A DNA stretch of 64,000 nt from Acidimicrobiia bacterium (GTDB lineage Bacteria; Actinomycetota; Acidimicrobiia; Acidimicrobiales; JANYDT01). A model generated the notes under the pieces. It searched no databases and was not told where the DNA came from. It was given only the letters and a program-made list of their open reading frames with translations. The first letter of the stretch is position 1. Each line of letters starts with the position of its first letter. This document shows, piece by piece, positions 18,360-27,269 of the stretch. The position numbers and the translations under genes were made by a program. The stretch is from the NCBI GenBank assembly GCA_043720595.1, contig JAYSSK010000069.1:35480-99479 (forward strand), written 5' to 3'.

Positions 18360-19124
18360 CTAGATATTTGTCCGGCAGACAAGATCGCGGATCGGTCGTC
18401 CTGCCTCGGTGCCCTTCTGCTCGTAGCTGGTGATCGGACGGATGGGGTCGCGTAGTGCCCAGTCGGTGTGTGGGTTCGTCAGCTTCGGTGTGGCTCGAAT
18501 TGCTGCAAGCATGTCATCGGCATAGGGCTGCCAGTCAGTTGCCATGCGCAGCGTTCCACCGGGAACCAGCCGTTCGGCAACCAGCGCAACGAAATCGGGC
18601 TGGACCAACCGACGCCAAGCCTGACGCTGCTTCGGCCACGGGTCCGAGAACCATATGTGTACTTCCGATACCGATGCTGACGGACACATCCACAGCAACA
18701 CCTCGTGCGCGTCCGCAGCAATGATTCGCACGTTGGTGATGTGTCCAGCTTCGAGGGCGTCGGCCAACACGGCGTGACCTGCCACATGGACGTCGATGGC
18801 AAGGATGTTCACGTCAGGACGGGCGGCAGCCAGCGTGAGCGTGCTCTCACCCATGCCGAATCCGATGTCAACGAATAGTGGGGCCGTCCGCCCAAAGACG
18901 GTGTCGAAGTTAATGCTGGGCGCTGGCGCCACCAAGTACTTCGGGAGGGTCTCCGCAAGTGCCCGGTACTTCGTTGGAGACATGCGGCCCGTGCGTGGGA
19001 TGAAGGAGCGTGCAGCCCGGCCAGTGCTCGGGCGGGACCGAGCGGTGAACGGAGGGATCGGAATCGAAGTCGAAAGGTTTGGTCCCGCTTCGTCGCTCTG
19101 CGTGAGGTCTCCGGCAGTGGACAT
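18360..19124 (-). CDS. trmB: tRNA (guanine-N7)-methyltransferase
   Basis: LFVDIGFGMGESTL SAM-binding motif; IWFSDPWPKQRQAWRRLV; GGTLRMATDW. Confidence 0.8.
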   Translation of the reverse strand: MSTAGDLTQSDEAGPNLSTSIPIPPFTARSRPSTGRAARSFIPRTGRMSPTKYRALAETLPKYLVAPAPSINFDTVFGRTAPLFVDIGFGMGESTLTLAAARPDVNILAIDVHVAGHAVLADALEAGHITNVRIIAADAHEVLLWMCPSASVSEVHIWFSDPWPKQRQAWRRLVQPDFVALVAERLVPGGTLRMATDWQPYADDMLAAIRATPKLTNPHTDWALRDPIRPITSYEQKGTEAGRPIRDLVCRTNI

Positions 19125-19147
19125 AGTTCGAGAGTACCGTCAGCACC

Positions 19148-20038
19148 GTGAAGGTTCACCTGCTCGACGGCACCTATGAGTTGTTCCGCCACCATTTCGC
19201 TGTTCCGCCCAGGAGCACAGCCGATGGTCGAGAGGTCGGAGCCATCAGGGGAGTCCTTGAATCGGTGTTGAACCTGTTGGCTGACGGGGTCACGCACATT
19301 GCGGTGGCTACCGATCATGTGATCGAAAGTTTCCGCAACGATCTGTGGGCTGGTTACAAAACCGGTGAAGGCATCGACCCGGTGCTGTTCAGTCAATTCC
19401 ATCCGCTGGAAGAAGCGCTTCGCGCATTGGGCGTTGTGGTGTGGGCGATGGAGGAGTACGAGGCCGACGATGCGATGGCTGCCGGTGCGTTTCTTGCTGC
19501 ACAGGACGACCGCGTGGAGCAGGTGCTGATCCTGACGCCCGACAAGGACCTGGGCCAGTGCGTTGTGGGCAAGCGAGTGGTGCAGTACGACCGGCGCAAA
19601 CGAGCCCTTATCGATCACGATGGTGTTGTCGAGAAGTTCGGAGTGCCGCCCGAGTCAATCCCCGATTACCTCGCACTTGTTGGCGACACTGCGGATGGGT
19701 ACCCGGGGCTTCCTGGGTGGGGCGCAAAGACAGCAGCGGCTGTTTTGGCCCGCTATGGACACCTTGAAACCATCCCTCCGCTTGCTGCGGCCTGGGAGGT
19801 CCCGGGTCTTCGTGGAGCACCGAAGCTGGCCGCGACCCTGGCCGACCATCGCGATGAAGCGTTGCTGTTCCGCCTCATCGCCACTACCCGAAACGATGCC
19901 ATCGAGTTGCCAGGTGGGGTCGACTCGTTGCGGTGGACCGGCCCAACCCCGGCGTTCGACGCAGTGTGCGAGTCCTTGGAGTCCACCACCATGGCTCAGC
20001 GTGCGAAAAACCTCTGGAAGGCCCGCAACGGGTCCTGA
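19148..20038 (+). CDS. 5'-3' exonuclease (FEN / Pol I N-terminal domain family)
   Basis: GTG start. KVHLLDGTYELFRHHFA...EADDAMA...LTPDKDLGQCV...IPDYLALVGDTADGYPGLPGWGAKTAA, i.e. the H3TH region. Confidence 0.8.
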   Translation: MKVHLLDGTYELFRHHFAVPPRSTADGREVGAIRGVLESVLNLLADGVTHIAVATDHVIESFRNDLWAGYKTGEGIDPVLFSQFHPLEEALRALGVVVWAMEEYEADDAMAAGAFLAAQDDRVEQVLILTPDKDLGQCVVGKRVVQYDRRKRALIDHDGVVEKFGVPPESIPDYLALVGDTADGYPGLPGWGAKTAAAVLARYGHLETIPPLAAAWEVPGLRGAPKLAATLADHRDEALLFRLIATTRNDAIELPGGVDSLRWTGPTPAFDAVCESLESTTMAQRAKNLWKARNGS

Positions 20039-20097
20039 TTCGTCGGCTGAGCTCCGTTCGGCGCCCCGGGACTCCTCAGTTGAAGTGGAGTGGTACG

Positions 20098-20418
20098 ATG
20101 TATTGCACCATGATCACCATCACGGCCTCCGAGGCTCGAAAGAATCTGTTTCCCTTGATCAAGCAGGTCAATGACGATCAAGCGGCAATCCACATTTCGT
20201 CGCGTGGCGGCACCGCGGTGTTGGTGTCCGAGGCCGAGTGGAACAGCGTGCAGGAGACGAACTACCTGTTACGTAATCCCGTCAACGCGCGTCGCCTGAT
20301 GGAATCGTTGGAACGAGTTCGCCGCGGCGAACTCGAGCATCACGAACTCGTCGAGGTTGAGGGTGAGGGCGCGACTGAGACAGCACTCGACGATGTCTAC
20401 GGGGGCGACGCTCTGTAA
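20098..20418 (+). CDS. yefM: Type II antitoxin, Phd/YefM family
   Basis: ITITASEARKNLFPLIKQVNDDQAAIHISSRGG..AVLVSEAEWNSVQETNYLL. GGAG (20087-20090) lies 7 nt upstream of ATG 20098. The stop overlaps the toxin start (TAATG). Confidence 0.85.
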   Translation: MYCTMITITASEARKNLFPLIKQVNDDQAAIHISSRGGTAVLVSEAEWNSVQETNYLLRNPVNARRLMESLERVRRGELEHHELVEVEGEGATETALDDVYGGDAL

Positions 20419-20678
20419 TGCGGCTGGTCTTTGACCAGAGCGCCTGGGCTGACTACATGTATTGGGTAGCCGAAGATCGGGCGATGGTGAAGCGGATCAA
20501 CCGTCTCCTCGCGGACATGACGCGGAGTCCGTTCGAGGGAATTGGGAAACCTGAACGCCTCAGCCAAAACCTCTCGGGGGCGTGGTCGCGGCGAATCGAT
20601 GCGGAGCATCGGTTGGTGTACGTCGTCGACGGGAGCGATCTCGTCATCCTCCAAGCCCGCTACCACTACGAACCGTAG
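20418..20678 (+). CDS. yoeB: Type II toxin, YoeB/Txe mRNA interferase family
   Basis: MRLVFDQSAWADYMYW...INRLLADMTRSPFEGIGKPERL...GAWSRRIDAEHRLVYVV...LVILQARYHY is a near-canonical YoeB. Confidence 0.9.
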   Translation: MRLVFDQSAWADYMYWVAEDRAMVKRINRLLADMTRSPFEGIGKPERLSQNLSGAWSRRIDAEHRLVYVVDGSDLVILQARYHYEP

Positions 20679-20776
20679 AGCCCACTTGCTGACCAGTGGG
20701 GGTCGCCGCCACGCCTTTTTGACCGTTTCGATGGTTGGCTCACCATCGGGTTCAACTCACATCCCTCCGTTCACCG

Positions 20777-22039
20777 CTAGGGGGCGATCCGGTTGGGGGG
20801 AGTGCTGTGCCACAGCGCATCGATCGGCACGGCGACCAGGCGATCGCCCATCGAGAAGATCCGAGAGCCGGTATAGAGCAGGACGCCGAGATGGAACTGA
20901 TCGCCGGCGGCATCGCGGAGGTGGCGGAGGTGGCGAAGGTCGTCGCCAGACACTGTGCTCGACGCCTTGACCTCGACCGCGACGACTCGACCATCGGGGT
21001 GCTCCAAGACTGCGTCGACCTCTTGTCCATCTTTGGTCCGGTAGTGGTATGCCCGGGCGAAGGTGTCTGACCAGGCGAGCTGGCGCAGGAGCTCCCCGAT
21101 GGCGAAACTCTCCAGCAGCGACCCGGCCCGCGTCGGATCCCGCTCGGCGCGTTGACGGGTCAACCCTGCGAGATGCGCACAGAGGCCGGAGTCGACGAAC
21201 ACCAACTTGCGTGCGCGGGTTGCCCGCGTCGTGGCCGAGTTCGTCCAGGCCGCAATTCGTTTCACGAGGAACACTTCTTCGAAAAGCGCGACGTAGCGCT
21301 CCACCGTGTTCTTCGAGATTCCAAGTCCGTTCGACAACCCAGCGATGGAGATCGGACTCGCCGTACGAGCGGCCAGCAGGGCGATCAAGCGCATTAACTC
21401 GTCGCGGCGTTGGATCTCGCCAAGTTGGGTAACGTCGCGATCGATGAGGTCGCGTACGTACGACTCGAAGAACCTCGATCGGCGCGCTTCGAGACGGTCG
21501 ATTGCATCGGGGAAACCACCCCGAATCGCTCGCTCCAGGTAGTCCGAGCGGTCGAGCGACGCCTCAGTAGTGAGTTGCGGCTCCAGCTCGAAGACGGCGT
21601 CGACGAATCGATCCGGCGCGCCGTCTATCTCGCCCTGGGAGAAGGGCCACATCTCGACCGTCTCGGACCTTCCGACGAGCGCGTCGGGCAGAGCGCGCAG
21701 CCCGAGCAGACGAGCGGAGCCGGTGAGGAGAAATTGGCCGGGCCGATTGTCCTCGTCGACACGTGCCTTGATTGGGAGGATCAAATCCGGGGCGCGTTGG
21801 ATCTCGTCGATCACCAGCAGACCTTGGTGCGCCACGAACGCTTCCGGGTCCAATCGAGCAGCGGCGAGGTCGTTGGGCCGATCGAGCCGACGCTCCAGTG
21901 TGTCCCTTCTGTCTCGCACGAGGTGGTGGACGGCCGTGCTCTTCCCGGCCTGCCGGGCACCGTTGACGATGACGACCCGCGTGTCGGCGAGCGCAGCGTC
22001 CAAGAGTTGTTCGAGGTGGCGCTTGCGGTATGCGGTCAC
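20777..22039 (-). CDS. AAA-family ATPase with C-terminal DUF4143-type domain (paralog)
   Basis: GTG start at 22039. VIVNGARQAGKSTAVHHL Walker A. Same length and architecture as 17038..18303. Confidence 0.75.
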   Translation of the reverse strand: MTAYRKRHLEQLLDAALADTRVVIVNGARQAGKSTAVHHLVRDRRDTLERRLDRPNDLAAARLDPEAFVAHQGLLVIDEIQRAPDLILPIKARVDEDNRPGQFLLTGSARLLGLRALPDALVGRSETVEMWPFSQGEIDGAPDRFVDAVFELEPQLTTEASLDRSDYLERAIRGGFPDAIDRLEARRSRFFESYVRDLIDRDVTQLGEIQRRDELMRLIALLAARTASPISIAGLSNGLGISKNTVERYVALFEEVFLVKRIAAWTNSATTRATRARKLVFVDSGLCAHLAGLTRQRAERDPTRAGSLLESFAIGELLRQLAWSDTFARAYHYRTKDGQEVDAVLEHPDGRVVAVEVKASSTVSGDDLRHLRHLRDAAGDQFHLGVLLYTGSRIFSMGDRLVAVPIDALWHSTPPNRIAP

Positions 22040-22060
22040 GCAACACCTTAGCTATTTGGC

Positions 22061-22140
22061 TGACTATCTGCCAGACTTTGAATGACTATCTGCCAGACTT
22101 TGAATGACTATCTGCCAGACATCCTCTGACCATCTGCCAG
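22061..22140. repeat. 22-bp tandem direct repeat (two identical 22-bp units plus two further core copies), core TGAC(T/C)ATCTGCCAG
   Basis: TGACTATCTGCCAGACTTTGAA at 22061 and 22083 (identical), TGACTATCTGCCAGAC at 22105, TGACCATCTGCCAG at 22127. Exact 22-bp phasing, 22-101 bp upstream of the ATPase GTG. Confidence 0.9.
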
Positions 22141-22197
22141 TAGCTTGGACCGGGTGAACACCGTTCGGGAACTCCAGCACGTGTTGACTACGTCTCA

Positions 22198-23010
22198 GTG
22201 TTCATGAAATTCAAGCGCCGCCGTAACCTCTTCTTCGTTGGCCCCCTTCTGCTGGCTCTCACCGCCTGTGCCGACCAACAGCCGAGCGCAGTGACGGCTG
22301 CCGTCGCCTCAACGAGCGCCCAACCCAGCCAGGAAAAGACTGTGACTAATCCAGACCAAACCTCCAGCCCTTCAACGGTTCCCGTTCGCACGATCAACGT
22401 GCACGGTGTCGGCCGTGCGTCTGAAACACCCGACCAGGCCACGGTCACCATGGGCGTGGAAACTAACGCGGCTACTGCACAGTTGGCCCTGCGAGAGAAC
22501 AACGCAAAGGCAGCAGAGCTGATAGCACTGCTGAAGAGCAGCGGGGTGGAAGACCGATACATCCAGACCAGCCAACTGTCGGTGTATCCGCAGTTCGACA
22601 ACCAGGGCCGCAGGATCGTGGGCTATCAGGTCACCAACATCGTCACCGCCACAGTGAAGGATGTGAAGAAGGCAGGCGCAGTCATTGATGCGGCCACTGG
22701 CGTCGCTGGAGACGCGATTCGCATCCAGAGTCTCAGTTTCGGTTTGTCCGATTCGTCGGAACCGCTGAAGCGGGCTCGGACCAGAGCAGTGGAAGACGCA
22801 CGCACGCAAGCAGAACAACTGGCAGCAGCCGCCGGCGTGAAGGTTGGCGCGTTGCGGACCATCTCGTCGTCGTCGGTGAGCGCTCCACCGATCTTGTACC
22901 AACAGAACGTGAGCGCCAAGGTTGCGTCGGCCGACTCATCGGTGCCGCTGGAAGCCGGGTCGGCCGAGGTCACTGCCGAGGTTGACCTGGTGTTCGACCT
23001 CGTCGGCTGA
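22198..23010 (+). CDS. SIMPL-domain (DUF541) lipoprotein
   Basis: Signal peptide plus lipobox LLLALTAC. GVGRASETPDQATVTMGVET...QTSQLSVYPQFD...GYQVTNIVTATV is SIMPL-like. Confidence 0.75.
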   Translation: MFMKFKRRRNLFFVGPLLLALTACADQQPSAVTAAVASTSAQPSQEKTVTNPDQTSSPSTVPVRTINVHGVGRASETPDQATVTMGVETNAATAQLALRENNAKAAELIALLKSSGVEDRYIQTSQLSVYPQFDNQGRRIVGYQVTNIVTATVKDVKKAGAVIDAATGVAGDAIRIQSLSFGLSDSSEPLKRARTRAVEDARTQAEQLAAAAGVKVGALRTISSSSVSAPPILYQQNVSAKVASADSSVPLEAGSAEVTAEVDLVFDLVG

Positions 23011-23048
23011 ACACCGACAAGGGCAAAGACAACGCCCCGGCGAGGGGG

Positions 23049-24485
23049 TCAGGCTGGTTTCGGGTTGTATCCCAACATTGCTTTGGACTCCAGGAATTCA
23101 AGCAGGCCGTGCTTGCCGAACTCGCGGCCGTTGCCGGACTGCTTGTAGCCACCGAACAACGCGTTGGAGTCTGTCCCGGCGCCATTGAGGTGCACGTTGC
23201 CTGCGCGCAGCTTGCGCGCAACTGCCCGGGCCCTGTCGGTGTCATTCGAGGAGACGTAGGCGGCAAGGCCGTACACGGTGTCGTTGGCGATCTCGATGGC
23301 TTGCTCTTCAGAGTCGTAGCCGAGGATGGACAGCACCGGCCCGAAGATCTCTTCACGCGCGATGGTCATGTCGTTCGTGACGTTGGCAAAGACGGTTGGC
23401 TGCACGTAGTAGCCGGACGTGAGCCCATCGGGCCGCCCGACGCCACCTGCCACAAGGGTGGCGCCTTCATCGATGCCCTTCTGGATGAGACCCTGGATCT
23501 TCTCGAATTGGGCCTTGGAAGCGACCGGGCCGATCACCGTGCCCTCGCCGTTGGGGTCGCCGACCGTGATCTTCGCGGCAGCGGCAGCGGCAGCCTCGAT
23601 TGCTTCACCCATGCGTCCGGCCGGGACCAGCATGCGCGTTCCGGCGTTGCAGGACTGGCCGGAGTTGAGGCACAACCGGCCAACGTCGCGCGCGACGACG
23701 GCGGCAAGGTCGACGTCGTCGAGGATGATGTTGGCCGACTTGCCGCCCAACTCCTGATGAACCCGCTTCACGGTAGGTGCCGCGTTCTTAGCCACTTCAA
23801 CGCCAGCACGAGTGGAGCCGGTGAACGACACCATGTCCACGTCTGGGTGCGAGGACAACGCGACGCCGACCGTTGCACCGTCGCCGTTGACGAGGTTGAA
23901 CACGCCAGCCGGCACACCGGCCTCGTGCATGACCTCGGCGAACACAATGGCGTTGAGCGGTGCCATCTCCGATGGCTTCAGCACCATGGTGCAGCCGGCT
24001 GCAATTGCAGGGGCGACCTTCGCCACGATCTGGTTGAGCGGCCAGTTCCATGGAGTGATGAACGCGCACACGCCGATGGGCTCGTACTCGATACGGCTGG
24101 TGCCGACATCTTCTGCCCATTCGAACTCTGACAACGCCTTGATGGTTGCCATGAAGTGACCGAGGCCTGCAGGGGCCTGTGCACGTGAAGCGATCATGGC
24201 AGGCGCACCCATCTCGGAGGTGACTGCGGTGGCGATGTCACCCATGCGGGTCTTGTAGACCTCGGTGATCCGCGTGAGCAGGGCGAGCCGCTCCGCCACC
24301 GTTGTCTGGGAGAACGTGGCGAAGGCTGCCTTTGCTGCTGCAACAGCCGCGTCGACGTCTTCGGCCGTGCCCATGGCGATGGTTCCAACCGATTGTTCAG
24401 TGGCCGGGTTCATGACGTCTCGTCGGGCCGCCGACCGTGGCTCGACCCACGCGCCGTTGATATAGAACTTCGCTTCGTTTCCCAT
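23049..24485 (-). CDS. NAD(P)-dependent aldehyde dehydrogenase
   Basis: FTGSTRAGVEV, ELGGKSANII, LNSGQSCNAGTR (catalytic Cys), PFGGYKQSGNGRE-like C-terminus. Confidence 0.9.
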   Translation of the reverse strand: MGNEAKFYINGAWVEPRSAARRDVMNPATEQSVGTIAMGTAEDVDAAVAAAKAAFATFSQTTVAERLALLTRITEVYKTRMGDIATAVTSEMGAPAMIASRAQAPAGLGHFMATIKALSEFEWAEDVGTSRIEYEPIGVCAFITPWNWPLNQIVAKVAPAIAAGCTMVLKPSEMAPLNAIVFAEVMHEAGVPAGVFNLVNGDGATVGVALSSHPDVDMVSFTGSTRAGVEVAKNAAPTVKRVHQELGGKSANIILDDVDLAAVVARDVGRLCLNSGQSCNAGTRMLVPAGRMGEAIEAAAAAAAKITVGDPNGEGTVIGPVASKAQFEKIQGLIQKGIDEGATLVAGGVGRPDGLTSGYYVQPTVFANVTNDMTIAREEIFGPVLSILGYDSEEQAIEIANDTVYGLAAYVSSNDTDRARAVARKLRAGNVHLNGAGTDSNALFGGYKQSGNGREFGKHGLLEFLESKAMLGYNPKPA

Positions 24486-24538
24486 GCCGACAAGCTACGC
24501 GTCGGGCTGACGTTTGGCGAAACCCACAAAGGCCCAAG

Positions 24539-25270
24539 TTGTCGGGGCGGTCGTTTCCGGTGGGAGATACTTGCCCCGTGAGCGTGCCTGTCAGCATCCA
24601 GTCACCATGGGTGATCGTGGAGGAACCACATCGCGTGTGGCGTTTCGAACGTGCCTTTCTCACCAGCAACTGGCGCTGCGTTTACGGCGACGGTTGTCGT
24701 GGGATTCACCCCACCCAGAATCCGGGCCGGGCCGATGGCTGCTGTACCTACGGCGCTCACTTCGCCGAAGCCGAGGATTTTGTGAAGGTTGCGTCCTTCG
24801 TCCCAACCCTCACAGCAAAGGTGTGGCAAAACGCGGCGCATGGGAAGCGGGTCGGCTGGTTCAAGAAGCTGCCGGACGGCCGAATCGCGACTCGGACTAC
24901 CAAGGGCGGTTGCGTGTTCCTGAATCGACCGGGTTTTTCGGGCGGAGTCGGTTGTGCGCTTCACCTGGCAGCAGTGCAACAGGGTCGTCGCCAGGTCGAC
25001 GTGAAACCAGATGTGTGCTGGGAACTGCCGATCCGCACCGAAGACGCCGAGGGTGCCGACGGTCGGCGGGTCATTACCGTTCGCCGTTGGGACAAGCAGG
25101 ATTTCGGGCCAGAAGGTGCTGAAATGCACTGGTGGTGTACCGAACCCGAAACGGCTCCTGAGGCGTTCTCAGCGTCTCAGCCTGTGTTACTCACATTGCA
25201 CGACGAACTGACAGAACTGTGCGGCCCGGCCGTCTATACCGAGTTGCTCGCACGTCTTCGAAACGGTTGA
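24539..25270 (+). CDS. Conserved-looking cysteine-rich hypothetical protein (possible Zn/Fe-S binding)
   Basis: Cys clusters CVYGDGCRG...DGCCTYG...GGCVFL...GCALH...VCWELP. Coding-like codon bias. Start uncertain. I recognise no family. Confidence 0.5.
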   Translation: MSGRSFPVGDTCPVSVPVSIQSPWVIVEEPHRVWRFERAFLTSNWRCVYGDGCRGIHPTQNPGRADGCCTYGAHFAEAEDFVKVASFVPTLTAKVWQNAAHGKRVGWFKKLPDGRIATRTTKGGCVFLNRPGFSGGVGCALHLAAVQQGRRQVDVKPDVCWELPIRTEDAEGADGRRVITVRRWDKQDFGPEGAEMHWWCTEPETAPEAFSASQPVLLTLHDELTELCGPAVYTELLARLRNG

Positions 25271-25342
25271 GCATGACTGCCGCCGCGGTCAGCTCGTCCC
25301 TGTTGGGTCGGGGGGCCACAGCCCCGGTAGCCTGACAAGCTT

Positions 25343-26899
25343 ATGGAACACCCCCTTTCGGAGCGGCTAAACGATTTGGCTCGGCGGAAGGCCGAAGCGT
25401 TCAATGCCGGATCACCCCGAGCAGTCGAACGCCAGCACGCCAAAGGCAAGATGACGGCCCGCGAGCGGATCGACTATCTGCTGGACGACGGCTCGTTCAT
25501 GGAGCTCGATCTCTTGGCCAGGCATCGGGCGCAGGGGATGGGCTTGGAAAAAGATCGTCCGTACACTGACGGCGTGATTACGGGGTGGGGCACCATCGAC
25601 GGCCGCCAAGTCATGGTGTTCGCGCAAGATTTCACCGTTTTCGGCGGAGCCCTCGGAGAGGTGCATTCCGAAAAAATCGTGAAGGTGATGGACCTCGCCA
25701 CAAGCGTTGGAGTGCCGCTCATCGGTCTCAACGACTCTGGCGGCGCGCGCATTCAAGAGGGCGTCGTGTCGCTTGCCTCGTACGGCAACATCTTCTATCG
25801 GAACGTCAAAGCATCCGGGGTCATCCCACAGATCAGCGTGATCATGGGCCCATGTGCCGGTGGTGCCGTCTACTCGCCGGCAATGACCGATTTCGTGTAC
25901 ATGGTCGACCAGACCAGTTACATGTTCATCACGGGCCCAGACGTCGTGAAGACGGTTACCGGGGAAGACGTCACGCCCGAGGAGTTGGGTGGCGCAACCA
26001 CGCACGCAACCAAGTCCGGTGTGGCCACGTTCGTCGCGCCAGACGACAAGAGCTGCCTTGAGGATGTTCGGTATCTGCTTGGCTTCTTGCCGCAGAACAA
26101 CCTCGAAGAAGCACCGCGGGCCGTTGTCACAGATGACCCGGACCGGTCATGTACTGCCCTCCTGGCACTCATGCCGGAAAACCATAATCGTGCATATGAC
26201 ATGAAGTCCGTGGTCAAGGAAGTGGTCGACGACGGCGAGTTCTACGAGTACTTCCCGCGGTTCGCCAGCAACATCGTGTGTGGCTTCGCCCGTTTGGACG
26301 GCCACTCGGTCGGCATTGTCGGAAACCAGCCCATGGTCAAAGCCGGAGTCCTCGACATTGACTCTTCCGAAAAGGCCGCCCGTTTCGTACGTACCTGCGA
26401 CGCATTCAACATCCCCATCGTCACGTTCATCGACGTACCCGGCTTTATGCCCGGCACGGATCAGGAGTACGGCGGAATCATTCGCCACGGCGCGAAACTC
26501 CTCTACGCCTACTGCGAGGCTTCAGTCCCACGTATCAGCGTCATCACCCGGAAGGCATATGGCGGCGCGTATGTGGTGATGGACTCCAAATCGATCGGGT
26601 GCGATTTGGCCTTCGCTTGGCCCAACGCAGAACTCGCCGTGATGGGAGCCCAGGGTGCCGTCAACATCGTCTACCGACGAGAGTTGGACGCGGCACCGAA
26701 TCCCGAAGCGCGACGCGCAGAACTGGTCGAGGACTACAGCGAACGGTTCGCCAACCCGTACATCGCTGCGGAGCGCGGATACGTCGATGACGTCATTGAC
26801 CCAGCTGACACACGCAAGGTGCTCATTCGTGGGTTGGCGATGCTTCGCACGAAACGTGAGGATCTGCCAAAGCGCAAACACGGAAACGTTCCGCTGTGA
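25343..26899 (+). CDS. pccB: Propionyl-CoA / acyl-CoA carboxylase carboxyltransferase beta subunit
   Basis: 518 aa. [18 protein letters not shown]...GGARIQEGV...[13 protein letters not shown]...GAYVVM is the AccD5/PccB family signature. Confidence 0.9.
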   Translation: MEHPLSERLNDLARRKAEAFNAGSPRAVERQHAKGKMTARERIDYLLDDGSFMELDLLARHRAQGMGLEKDRPYTDGVITGWGTIDGRQVMVFAQDFTVFGGALGEVHSEKIVKVMDLATSVGVPLIGLNDSGGARIQEGVVSLASYGNIFYRNVKASGVIPQISVIMGPCAGGAVYSPAMTDFVYMVDQTSYMFITGPDVVKTVTGEDVTPEELGGATTHATKSGVATFVAPDDKSCLEDVRYLLGFLPQNNLEEAPRAVVTDDPDRSCTALLALMPENHNRAYDMKSVVKEVVDDGEFYEYFPRFASNIVCGFARLDGHSVGIVGNQPMVKAGVLDIDSSEKAARFVRTCDAFNIPIVTFIDVPGFMPGTDQEYGGIIRHGAKLLYAYCEASVPRISVITRKAYGGAYVVMDSKSIGCDLAFAWPNAELAVMGAQGAVNIVYRRELDAAPNPEARRAELVEDYSERFANPYIAAERGYVDDVIDPADTRKVLIRGLAMLRTKREDLPKRKHGNVPL

Positions 26900-27093
26900 A
26901 TCAAAACCCAACGGTTGCAATCGTTCCGGCCCCGACCGACGAGGAAGCCGCAGCGATCGTGGCAGCGGTCGAACTTGCTTGGCCCCGCCCAGTCATGCTG
27001 TTCACGGCCGGTCGATCACCATCAGACACACCGTTGTGGCGGTGGTCCGGCCGCTGGTGGGCAAACGGGCTGCAACGCGGACGCCGGGTTTGA
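26896..27093 (+). CDS. accE: Acyl-CoA carboxylase epsilon subunit
   Basis: 65 aa, 4-nt overlap with pcc[16 protein letters not shown]...LWRWSGRWW is typical of actinobacterial AccE. Confidence 0.7.
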   Translation: MNQNPTVAIVPAPTDEEAAAIVAAVELAWPRPVMLFTAGRSPSDTPLWRWSGRWWANGLQRGRRV

Positions 27094-27269
27094 ACGACCT
27101 CGACGGGATTTGAACAAATCCTCAGATCCGAAACGGGGTGCGAAAACCTGAACTTCGGCTCAGCGAATTTTCGTCCCCGCGATTGAATCAATCAGACAGG
27201 TCTTGAGACCTACCGGCAGGGTGCCGAAGTTCCACCTCGTGAAGGTCCCGCTCGAAAGTTCCGCAGACC

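Noticed and set aside
22061-22140. Possible CRISPR array, given the short direct repeats.
   Set aside because: The repeats are directly abutting with no spacers, there are only about 3.5 units, and no cas genes are present. It is a simple tandem repeat.
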